Source: Candidatus Saccharimonadota bacterium
Lineage (GTDB): Bacteria > Patescibacteriota > Patescibacteriia > 2-12-FULL-60-25
Length of the DNA stretch: 32,000 bases
Direction: 5' to 3'
Assembly (NCBI GenBank): GCA_023898425.1
Contig: CP060222.1
Location: forward strand, 300,001 to 332,000
Below the pieces are notes generated by a model. That model saw only the letters and a program-made list of their open reading frames with translations, had not been told where the DNA came from and ran no database searches. Made by a program: the position numbers and the translations under genes. Shown here piece after piece: positions 1-10,842 of the stretch. How positions within the stretch are numbered: position 1 is the first letter of the stretch; each line of letters opens with the position of its first letter.

Positions 1-1
1 A

Positions 2-3112
<3,111 letters not shown>

Positions 3113-3135
3113 GATTACCTCCGAGGAGACCTTAA

Positions 3136-3163
3136 AACCCCTTCACGTTTTTGTGAAGGGGTT
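3136..3163 (-). terminator. Rho-independent terminator of the 3170-4831 gene
   Basis: AACCCCTTCAC-N6-GTGAAGGGGTT, an 11-bp stem. On the minus-strand transcript it is followed by UUUUAAGG. Confidence 0.6.
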
Positions 3164-3169
3164 CGGGGA

Positions 3170-4831
3170 TTATTTTGCTTTTGCTACCTCAATGGCAGCT
3201 TTTAGTTGCTCATAAGGAACAGCGCCAGAAATCATTACGCCGTTTACAAAGGTTGCGGGTGTTCCTTCTACGCCAGAGAGCATACCCTCTTCTAGATCTT
3301 TGTTTACGCGTGCGGCCATTTCGCCTGAGTCAAGGCAAGACGCAAAGGCGCTTTCGTTGATACCAAGCTCAGTTGCTGCTTCGAGATAGTAGGCATGGCT
3401 CAGATTGTATTGATTGGCAAAGAGAAGATTATGCATCCCCCAAAATGCTTCTTCGCCAGAGAGTTTCGCGGCACATTCGGATGCTTCAGCGGCTTTCTTT
3501 GCTTCTGGGTGGATAGAGGACAGTGGAAAATGACGATACACCACACGAATATCTAATGGATAATCAACCAATGCTTTTTCTAGGGATGGAACAAAGCGCT
3601 GACAGAAAGGACACTGAAAGTCAGAATACTGAATCAAGGTAATAGGTGCACCTTGATAGCCCCGAATATGATCCGCCGGTGTTATTGCTGATACAGGAGC
3701 ATAGCTTGGAATGTAGGTCTCATAGCTCGTATCGCCATAAGTCTCATTATAGTACTCGTCATCATAGTAAAGGGGCGCCGGTCTTTGAGCGTCAAAATAA
3801 TCTTCAACGTCGCTTAGGGTCATAAATTCTGCAGGAGCCACAATAGGTAGACCAGCATCTTTTTTGATATTGATTCCGCCCTTTAAAACAACTTCGGCTG
3901 TGCCAATGGTTTTACATGTTTGTTTTGTAAAGCTGCTATTCCAGATACAATCTTCTTTTGGCTCAGTGATTTTTGCACTAAACTCTAAGCGTTCAATGCG
4001 TTTTTGTGCTGTATTGATATTTGCGGCGAGATAAACGCTCGAGAGAGCAGTACGCATTTTGATGTAATCTTTATATAGCGTCTTGAGTCTCTCGGTACGA
4101 GCAGCACCAATGGGGTAATCTTTCTTTGCTTGTTTTACCTGCTCAAGATAGAGCGTATAGGCGATAGCAGTATTCACGCGACCTTTTAAACGTAGGATTT
4201 CTTCGCCTTTGTCGTTTTTCCATTTTTTCTCAACGGATACACGATTGATGAGTTGTGTTTTTGCGAGAGGACCTTTGTTTAAGATGTCATTGGTATTTTG
4301 CGCATCGGTAAAACCAGATTCTTGGAGGAGTTCTTTTTGATCAAATGGCATAGCAATCCATTTATTCATGAGACCAGAAAAATCTACAGCGCTGCTCTCT
4401 TCGAGATAGCTCATGAGGCTATCAGGAATATTTGTGACGCGTACATAAATGGTGTCTTCGGTTTGCTTCCAGTCAAAAGCGATTGGTTCAGTAACAGAAA
4501 AGGGGAGTCCAAGTGTACTATCGGACATGACAAGTGTATTGAGCGAGAATGCTCCTTCAGACGTTTGGACAGCGCCTTGTTTTGGCAAAGCACGAACAGA
4601 AAAAGATAGATCTACTTTTCCTGTGTTATTTTTGCGTTTTTTATCGTTAAAACGTTCGGTGACGGCAACACTAAGTGTTGCATCGGCCGCTTCAGCTGCG
4701 GTCGTTGTACTTGGGGTACGTACCAATTGGTTAAACCATTGGGTTGGGGTGAGGGCAAAAGCGGCTGCAGGCGAGAGCATGGAGGCTAACGTCAATGCGG
4801 CGATGCCAGACTTGAAAAAGGATGTTTTCAT
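3170..4831 (-). CDS. Secreted DsbA-like thiol:disulfide oxidoreductase with a ~370-aa N-terminal domain of unknown function
   Basis: Signal peptide (MKTSFFKSGIAALTLASMLSPAAAFA). The C-terminal thioredoxin fold carries a CPFC active site (YSDFQCPFCQRF). The last ~170 aa are clearly paralogous to the 9591-10340 product. Confidence 0.75.
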   Translation of the reverse strand: MKTSFFKSGIAALTLASMLSPAAAFALTPTQWFNQLVRTPSTTTAAEAADATLSVAVTERFNDKKRKNNTGKVDLSFSVRALPKQGAVQTSEGAFSLNTLVMSDSTLGLPFSVTEPIAFDWKQTEDTIYVRVTNIPDSLMSYLEESSAVDFSGLMNKWIAMPFDQKELLQESGFTDAQNTNDILNKGPLAKTQLINRVSVEKKWKNDKGEEILRLKGRVNTAIAYTLYLEQVKQAKKDYPIGAARTERLKTLYKDYIKMRTALSSVYLAANINTAQKRIERLEFSAKITEPKEDCIWNSSFTKQTCKTIGTAEVVLKGGINIKKDAGLPIVAPAEFMTLSDVEDYFDAQRPAPLYYDDEYYNETYGDTSYETYIPSYAPVSAITPADHIRGYQGAPITLIQYSDFQCPFCQRFVPSLEKALVDYPLDIRVVYRHFPLSSIHPEAKKAAEASECAAKLSGEEAFWGMHNLLFANQYNLSHAYYLEAATELGINESAFASCLDSGEMAARVNKDLEEGMLSGVEGTPATFVNGVMISGAVPYEQLKAAIEVAKAK

Positions 4832-4898
4832 ACGCCAAAAAGGCTAACATGAGCGTATGTCTTGAGCAATTAGGTTTATCGTGGCATTCTGCGCACAT

Positions 4899-5201
4899 AT
4901 GGCTCTTAATCGCACTGATATTATAAGGCTCGCAGAATTGTCCCGCCTCGCTCTCACCGAAGATGAAATGTCTCGTATGGAGCAAACTATTGATCCAATA
5001 TTGAATTATGTTGGACGTCTTGGAGAAGTAAATACGGATGGGATTCCTGAAACGGAGTCATTTGAAGATGCTCGCGCTTTGCGTGTGGATGAAGCAATCC
5101 CTGCAAGTCAATCAACTCACGATGTGATTGTGGCAAACTTTCCTGATAAAAAAGATGGCTTGCTTCGCGCGCCAGCTGTTTTTGACAATCCAAAATCCTA
5201 A
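4899..5201 (+). CDS. gatC: Asp/Glu-tRNA amidotransferase subunit C
   Basis: ~100-aa product (MALNRTDIIRLAELSRLALTEDEM...ILNYV) located immediately upstream of gatA. The ORF track starts at GTG 4881, but ATG 4899 gives the typical N-terminus. Confidence 0.85.
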   Translation: MALNRTDIIRLAELSRLALTEDEMSRMEQTIDPILNYVGRLGEVNTDGIPETESFEDARALRVDEAIPASQSTHDVIVANFPDKKDGLLRAPAVFDNPKS

Positions 5202-5215
5202 TCCGACACTCTTGT

Positions 5216-6634
5216 ATGCACGAACACATGACCATCAAGCAAGCATCAGAAGCGCTTGCGAACAAAACCGTAACGTCGGTTGAGTTAACGCAGTCTTATT
5301 TGCAACGCATCAACGAAAAGGATGAAGCGATTCACGCCTATCTTGAAGTCTTTGAAGCACATGCCCTCGAGCAAGCAAAAGCCTCAGACGAAAGACGCGC
5401 GGCAGGCGAAGTGCTTTCTGAGATCGACGGTATTCCTCTAGCGATCAAAGATAATATGTTAATCGAAGGCGAGCATGCTACTGGCGGTTCAAAGATTCTC
5501 GAGGGTTATGTTGCGCCTTATGATGCTACAGTTATCCAAAAACTCAAAGCTGCGGGCGCGGTGTTTTTAGGTCGTGTAAACATGGATGAATTTGCTATGG
5601 GTTCATCTACCGAGCGCTCTGCATATGGTATTACACGTAATCCGGTTGATCTTGAGCGTGTCCCTGGTGGTTCATCAGGTGGTAGCTCTGCGGCTGTCGC
5701 AGGGGATTTATGTGTTGCTGCCCTTGGCTCTGATACGGGTGGTTCTATCCGTCAGCCGGCAGCCTTTACGGGTATCGTAGGATTGAAGCCAAGTTATGGC
5801 ACCGTCTCGCGTTATGGCTTGATGGCTATGGCATCATCACTTGATCAAATTGGTCCAATGACAAAAACCGTTGAGGACGCGGCAATGCTCTATCAAGTGA
5901 TTCGTGGCGAAGATGCGCATGATCAAACAACGGTAAATACACCAGCGTTTCGTTTCGAAAAACGCACCGATCTCAAGGGTGTTCGTATTGGTATTCCAAA
6001 ACAAGCATGGGGAGAGGGGATGACGCCTGGCGTTCGACAAGAATGTGGCGCAGCATTAGAAAAGCTCAAAGAGCTTGGTGCAGAAATGGTTGAGATTGAT
6101 TTGCCTTATATGGACGAAGCTCTCGCTGTCTATTATGTCTTGATGCCATGTGAGGTATCAGCAAATATTTCTCGTTTTGATGGTATTCGCTATGGTCAGC
6201 GCGCACCAGGTTTGCCGCTCTTAGAAACCTACGGACAGTCTCGTTTGCAAGGTCTTGGCGAAGAGGTGCGTCGTCGTGTCATGCTCGGTACGTATGCGCT
6301 TTCACGAGGTTATTATGACGCGTACTATCGCAAAGCTCGCAAAGTACAAACGCTTATTCGTCGCGCTTATACGGCAGCCTTTGAAGGTGTAGATGTGATC
6401 GTAACACCAACAACGCCGTCGCCTGCGTTTAAGATTGGAGAAAAAATTCATGATCCACTCGCGATGTATCTTGAGGATATTTATACCGTTGGCGTAAACG
6501 TTGCGGGTATCCCGGCAGTGTCAGTCCCTTGTGGTAAAACCGATGGATTGCCAGTTGGTTTACAATTTATTGGCGCTCAGTTTAAGGACGATCAGCTCCT
6601 CTCTATTGCCTCCGCGTTTGAATCCGCGTCATAA
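5216..6634 (+). CDS. gatA: Asp/Glu-tRNA amidotransferase subunit A
   Basis: 472 aa with the amidase signature (GGSSGGSSAAVA, GSDTGGSIRQPA). It follows gatC. Confidence 0.93.
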   Translation: MHEHMTIKQASEALANKTVTSVELTQSYLQRINEKDEAIHAYLEVFEAHALEQAKASDERRAAGEVLSEIDGIPLAIKDNMLIEGEHATGGSKILEGYVAPYDATVIQKLKAAGAVFLGRVNMDEFAMGSSTERSAYGITRNPVDLERVPGGSSGGSSAAVAGDLCVAALGSDTGGSIRQPAAFTGIVGLKPSYGTVSRYGLMAMASSLDQIGPMTKTVEDAAMLYQVIRGEDAHDQTTVNTPAFRFEKRTDLKGVRIGIPKQAWGEGMTPGVRQECGAALEKLKELGAEMVEIDLPYMDEALAVYYVLMPCEVSANISRFDGIRYGQRAPGLPLLETYGQSRLQGLGEEVRRRVMLGTYALSRGYYDAYYRKARKVQTLIRRAYTAAFEGVDVIVTPTTPSPAFKIGEKIHDPLAMYLEDIYTVGVNVAGIPAVSVPCGKTDGLPVGLQFIGAQFKDDQLLSIASAFESAS

Positions 6635-6643
6635 TGCGGATAT

Positions 6644-7117
6644 ATGTTGATCTTTCAAGTCGTCGCTCTTTCTAATGCGCCACAAACAACAACCACAACC
6701 AGTTTTCCATGGATGGGGGCAATGGTGGTGCTTATCATTGTTTTTCTTTTGGTGCTCGCGTTTTTAAAGTTACGACCACGAGATTATGACGATGGTCTTG
6801 ATCGCAAAAAAATTCGCGCAACATGGAATGAGATTCAAAAAACGTCTAGCATGGGGTTGATGGGGATGAAGCTCGCTGTTATTGAGGCAGATAAGCTGGT
6901 AGATAATGTGATGCGTCAACTCCTTATTCCTGGCGACACCATGGGCGAGCGATTAAAGATGGCAGAATTTAAATATCCAGACATTCGACGTGTCTGGCCT
7001 GCGCATAAAACGCGTAATATGTTGGTGCATGATTCGACATACGAATTACGTATGAGTCACGGAAAAGAAGCGCTTAGTGCCTTTGAAAAAGCTCTCAAGT
7101 TACTCAAAGCCTTATGA
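6644..7117 (+). CDS. Hypothetical membrane-anchored protein
   Basis: One TM segment (MGAMVVLIIVFLLVLAFL) followed by a soluble helical domain. The stop overlaps the lgt start (ATGA). Confidence 0.5.
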   Translation: MLIFQVVALSNAPQTTTTTSFPWMGAMVVLIIVFLLVLAFLKLRPRDYDDGLDRKKIRATWNEIQKTSSMGLMGMKLAVIEADKLVDNVMRQLLIPGDTMGERLKMAEFKYPDIRRVWPAHKTRNMLVHDSTYELRMSHGKEALSAFEKALKLLKAL

Positions 7118-7869
7118 TCCCATACCTTGGTTGGACGTCTTTTTCTCTTGGACCCATCACCATCTATACGTGGGGTCTTCTGGTTGCTATTGGTTATCTT
7201 TTAGGGACGTATATCGCGTATCGACGCGCTAAGAGCAAAGGGCTTGATGCAGAAAAAGTTTTAGATCTCTCGGTTTGGATTTTTATTGCCTCTTTTGTTG
7301 GGGCGCGTCTCTTGCACGTGCTTTTTTATGATGATGGCACTTTTTGGGCGGCACCACTACAAATTCTCGATCCTCGTCATGCGGGATTCTCGATGTTTGG
7401 AGGGCTTATCGGGGCGGCAGTAGCAGCGCTTTTGTTTTTTAAGAAACATAAACTTAATGCGCTAGTGTATGCAGATACACTCATTTGGGGATTGCCTTGG
7501 GGGTGTGGTGTTGGGCGTATTGGTTGTTTTTTGATTCATGATCATCCGGGTACATTAACGCATTCGCTACTAGGTGTGCGTTATCCTAATGGCGATATTC
7601 GTCATGATCATGGTTTGTATTTATCTCTTATCGGATTTGCAACAGGGCTTTTGTTCTTGTGGATGAATCGTAAACAGCGTCATCCTGGGTTTTGGTTGGG
7701 GAGTTATTTGGTTATCGAGGGTGTTACGCGCTTTGTGTTAGATTTTTATCGCATTGCTGACAAAACCTATTATGCGCTTACGCCGACACAATGGCTCGCG
7801 ATGCCGATGTTCTTTGCTGGAATGGTATTTGTTTTCTCGTCATCTCGACCGACAGAATCAAAAAAATAA
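7114..7869 (+). CDS. lgt: Prolipoprotein diacylglyceryl transferase-like
   Basis: 251-aa polytopic protein. The N-terminus (GPITIYTWGLLVAIGYLLG), the GRIGCFL motif and the RHDHGLYLS segment resemble Lgt family motifs. Confidence 0.65.
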   Translation: MIPYLGWTSFSLGPITIYTWGLLVAIGYLLGTYIAYRRAKSKGLDAEKVLDLSVWIFIASFVGARLLHVLFYDDGTFWAAPLQILDPRHAGFSMFGGLIGAAVAALLFFKKHKLNALVYADTLIWGLPWGCGVGRIGCFLIHDHPGTLTHSLLGVRYPNGDIRHDHGLYLSLIGFATGLLFLWMNRKQRHPGFWLGSYLVIEGVTRFVLDFYRIADKTYYALTPTQWLAMPMFFAGMVFVFSSSRPTESKK

Positions 7870-7901
7870 ACAACTAAAGAAGTGGAGAGATCTCGTAGCG
7901 A

Positions 7902-8837
7902 GTGTGTTATACTCTCTTCATGTACGATGTCGTTATTATTGGAGGAGGACCTGCCGGAATGGCTGCGGCTGTGTATTTTGCGCGCCAAAAACTTTCATTT
8001 GCCATGTTCTCAGGGCAGATGGGCGGCCAAGCTATTTGGTCTAGCGATGTTGAGAATTATTTAGGTATTCATAATGTTAGTGGAGTAAAGCTCGTTCAAA
8101 AGTTTCAAGAACATCTTGAGGATTATCGCAAATGCATGGACCTCTTTGAGCAAGAGCCAGTGCTTTCGATAGAAAAAATACATGGAGGTTTTGAAATAAA
8201 AACCGCCGTTCGCACGTATAAAACAATGACCGTCCTTCTTGCTACAGGTACTGAGCATCGAAAACTGCACGTTCCTGGAGAAGATCGGCTCTTTGGTAAT
8301 GGCGTGACGTATTGCGCAACATGCGAAGCACCATTAGCAAAAGAAAAAGCGGTTGCTGTGATTGGCGGTGGAAATTCTGCCATGGATGCAGCGCTTCTTT
8401 TGGCAAAGTATGCACAATCAGTTTCTATCATGACACTGAACGAGCAACTCATTGGTGATGAGGTTATGATCCAGCATTGCGAAAAGAGTCCAAACATTCA
8501 TATCGTTACATCGGCTACCACAAAACGTTTTGAAGGCGAATCAAAGCTCTCAAAAATCGTTTACGAGTCGCAAGGCGAAGAAAAATCGCTTGATGTAGAC
8601 TATGCGTTTATCGAGATTGGACTTGTACCACAATCTGGCATGGTGGATTTTGTCGGTAAAAACAAGATGGGAGAATTTCTTGTTGATAAAACTGGTAAAA
8701 CAAATGTTGATGGTATTTGGGCAGCGGGTGACGTAACAGAAACCCCTGTAAAGCAAATTGCTGTTGCTGTGGGTGACGGATCACGTGCAGCTATTGACAT
8801 TATCCGATATCTGCAAAGTCATCCTTCACATCTTTAA
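7902..8837 (+). CDS. trxB: Thioredoxin-reductase-like flavoprotein (TrxB family)
   Basis: FAD motif YDVVIIGGGPAG, redox CATC, a second GGGNSAMDAA dinucleotide motif and C-terminal AAGDV. The start is either GTG 7902 (GGAGAG upstream) or ATG 7920. Confidence 0.8.
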   Translation: MCYTLFMYDVVIIGGGPAGMAAAVYFARQKLSFAMFSGQMGGQAIWSSDVENYLGIHNVSGVKLVQKFQEHLEDYRKCMDLFEQEPVLSIEKIHGGFEIKTAVRTYKTMTVLLATGTEHRKLHVPGEDRLFGNGVTYCATCEAPLAKEKAVAVIGGGNSAMDAALLLAKYAQSVSIMTLNEQLIGDEVMIQHCEKSPNIHIVTSATTKRFEGESKLSKIVYESQGEEKSLDVDYAFIEIGLVPQSGMVDFVGKNKMGEFLVDKTGKTNVDGIWAAGDVTETPVKQIAVAVGDGSRAAIDIIRYLQSHPSHL

Positions 8838-8860
8838 TTCCGTTTGGCACAATCCCGTCT

Positions 8861-9514
8861 ATGCAAGAAACAACGAATAAAGGGCTTATCGTTGGTACGA
8901 TCGTTGCGGTCGTAGCAATCTTTGGTGCATTAACTTGGGCACTCATCAGCCTCCCTTCTGATGGTCCTGGCCAGGTCGCAGGTTCACTCACATTTGATAA
9001 TACAAATGCTCCGATAAAAGGTAATGCTGACGCAGCACTCGAAGTCCAAATCTACAGCGACTTACAGTGTCCAGCGTGTAAAGCATCAGAACCTGGCTTG
9101 AAGTATGCGATAGATAAGTACGGCGATCGCGTGAAATTTGTCTGGAATGACTTTCCGCTCATGAGCATTCACCCAAATGCACGTAATGCGGCCAATGCAG
9201 CGCGTTGCGCAAATGATCAAGGAAAGTTTTGGGAGTATACCGATCAACTCTTCAATAATCAGTCAGCTTGGCAAGGTCTTTCAAAGCTCGATGAAGCCTT
9301 TACGGCCTATGCTGTCGCAATTGGTTTAAATGCCGAGTCGTTTAGTCAATGCTTTGCTGATAAAACCTTTGACTCCATCGTTATGAATGATGTTGCCGAA
9401 GGTAATCGCAATGCTATTCGTGCAACACCAACCTTTGTTGTGGGCGGAAAGGTCTATAACGGTTTGGGAGCACAAGATTGGGATCGAATTCTTACAGCGG
9501 CACTCGCTCAATAG
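8861..9514 (+). CDS. Membrane-anchored DsbA-like thiol:disulfide oxidoreductase
   Basis: N-terminal TM helix followed by a thioredoxin fold with CPAC (YSDLQCPACKA). Confidence 0.75.
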   Translation: MQETTNKGLIVGTIVAVVAIFGALTWALISLPSDGPGQVAGSLTFDNTNAPIKGNADAALEVQIYSDLQCPACKASEPGLKYAIDKYGDRVKFVWNDFPLMSIHPNARNAANAARCANDQGKFWEYTDQLFNNQSAWQGLSKLDEAFTAYAVAIGLNAESFSQCFADKTFDSIVMNDVAEGNRNAIRATPTFVVGGKVYNGLGAQDWDRILTAALAQ

Positions 9515-9590
9515 AGTTGATTGACAAAATCTATTCGTCTTTAAGAATAATTGATATCCTTCATTCACTTTAGTACGTAATTCTTCAACT

Positions 9591-10340
9591 ATGTCACAGT
9601 CACAAGGTTCCTTTTTTGATGGTGGTCCTAAGACCATGTTTCTCTCGGGTCTTTTTCTCGGAGTAGCGGTATCGGCGGTTATTGGTTTTATTCTTGCTTT
9701 TAGCCTCGTAGCTGGCGGCAAGCTTCCTACAGGTGGCTCGGTTGCAGGCAATGTTCCTACCGTTCCTACGGTCAATGATCCGACGCAAGCGCCTGTTGCA
9801 GCAGGTCCAGTGAAGCCAGTGGACGAAAAAGTCGATCACATCAAGGGTAGCAAGAACGCAAAAGTCACCTTGATCGAATATTCTGATTTTGAGTGTCCAT
9901 TCTGCTCACGTCATCTTCCTTCGCTCGACTCAGCTCTTGCAGATTTTCCTGAAGATGTTCGTCTTGTGTATCGCCATTACCCACTTTCTGCGATTCACCC
10001 TGAAGCGCAAAAAGCTGCTGAAGCATCCGAATGTGCAGCAAAACTTGGCGGTAACGATAAGTTCTGGGCTATGCATGACATGCTCTTTGCTAAGCAACAA
10101 ACGCTTGGCACGCAAACCTATCTTGATAGCGCAAAAGCTATTGGTGTAGACGAAGCAAAATTCAAGGCTTGTCTTGACTCAGGTGAAATGGCAGCTCGTG
10201 TAAACGCAGACGCCTCTGAAGGTGCAAACGCTGGTGTAGAAGGTACTCCTGCAACCTTCGTAAACGGTCAGCTCATTTCCGGTGCTGTTCCTTACGCGCA
10301 ATTAAAGGCAGCGATCCAAGCTGCAGGCGCAAGCAAATAA
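9591..10340 (+). CDS. Membrane-anchored DsbA-like thiol:disulfide oxidoreductase
   Basis: N-terminal TM helix and a Pro/Val-rich linker, then a thioredoxin fold with CPFC (YSDFECPFCSRH). It is a paralogue of the C-terminus of the 3170-4831 product. Confidence 0.8.
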   Translation: MSQSQGSFFDGGPKTMFLSGLFLGVAVSAVIGFILAFSLVAGGKLPTGGSVAGNVPTVPTVNDPTQAPVAAGPVKPVDEKVDHIKGSKNAKVTLIEYSDFECPFCSRHLPSLDSALADFPEDVRLVYRHYPLSAIHPEAQKAAEASECAAKLGGNDKFWAMHDMLFAKQQTLGTQTYLDSAKAIGVDEAKFKACLDSGEMAARVNADASEGANAGVEGTPATFVNGQLISGAVPYAQLKAAIQAAGASK

Positions 10341-10366
10341 AACCAAACCCCTACAAACGGTTTAGA

Positions 10367-10398
10367 AAAATATCCCCCACAAACGTGGGGGATATTTT
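10367..10398 (+). terminator. Rho-independent terminator (shares its hairpin core with the in-CDS G-rich elements)
   Basis: AAAATATCCCCCA-CAAACG-TGGGGGATATTTT, a 13-bp stem followed by a T-rich tract, 27 nt after the stop. Confidence 0.75.
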
Positions 10399-10412
10399 GT
10401 TATTGCGTGCTC

Positions 10413-10442
10413 TTGACTAATGCAACGGTATTGCATTAGTAT
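10413..10442 (+). promoter_or_regulatory. Putative promoter (TTGACT-N18-TAGTAT) overlapped by a 10-5-10 perfect palindrome (probable Fur-family operator)
   Basis: ACTAATGCAA-CGGTA-TTGCATTAGT at 10416-10440. The -35-like TTGACT is at 10413-10418 and the -10-like TAGTAT at 10437-10442. Confidence 0.45.
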
Positions 10443-10449
10443 GCTGACC

Positions 10450-10842
10450 ATGGAGATTCAACGTCGCCAAACCAAAACAAAACAAGCTGTCCAGCAGGTA
10501 TTTGATGCTGCGCAGGGTCCTTTGAGTTTGAGCGAATTGGTGGCAGCTGTTCATGAGATGGGTCTCAAGAGCGACCGTTCAACGGTTTATCGCGAACTTA
10601 TGCGTCTTAAGGCCGACGGTCTTTTAAGCGAGATGTCTTTGCATGGCGCAACTCATTATGAGCGTGTTGCAGCAGGGGAGCACCATCATCACGCGATTTG
10701 TGAGAATTGCGAATCTGTTATTGAGCTTGATATCGAAGATATCATTGCTAGCATGGAGGCATCACTTGCTAAGCTTGGCTTTGCAACGAAAAAGCATATC
10801 GTAGATTTTATTGGGCATTGCTCAAGTTGTAAAACTGTATGA
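10450..10842 (+). CDS. Fur-family metalloregulator (Fur/Zur/PerR type)
   Basis: Winged-helix N-terminus (STVYRELMRLKADGLL), an HHHH run, and CENC...CSSC Zn-site pairs. The track ORF starts at 10420 inside the palindrome, so ATG 10450 (MEIQRR) is preferred. Confidence 0.85.
   Translation: MEIQRRQTKTKQAVQQVFDAAQGPLSLSELVAAVHEMGLKSDRSTVYRELMRLKADGLLSEMSLHGATHYERVAAGEHHHHAICENCESVIELDIEDIIASMEASLAKLGFATKKHIVDFIGHCSSCKTV

Noticed and set aside
4449-4847. 132-aa plus-strand ORF antisense to the large DsbA-like gene
   Set aside because: It is a shadow ORF. The minus-strand frame has a signal peptide and a conserved CPFC domain.
6634-7117. Absence of gatB after gatC-gatA as an anomaly
   Set aside because: gatB is frequently encoded elsewhere in bacterial genomes. 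Its absence here is not informative from one window.
7490-7515. G-rich stretch in lgt (TGGGGATTGCCTTGGGGGTGTGGTGTTGGGCG) as a possible further copy of the G-tract element
   Set aside because: It has no preceding C-run hairpin and does not contain the GGGGGCAGGGG string. It encodes the Trp/Gly residues of a conserved Lgt segment.
9326-9775. 149-aa minus-strand ORF spanning the end of one DsbA-like gene, the intergenic region and the start of the next
   Set aside because: It is antisense to two well-supported genes and crosses a probable promoter region. It has no SD and no recognisable features.
10420-10449. ATG 10420 (the ORF-track start) as the Fur-family start codon
   Set aside because: It lies inside the 25-bp operator palindrome and the putative promoter, and it adds a non-homologous N-terminus (MQRYCISMLT). 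ATG 10450 is preferred.
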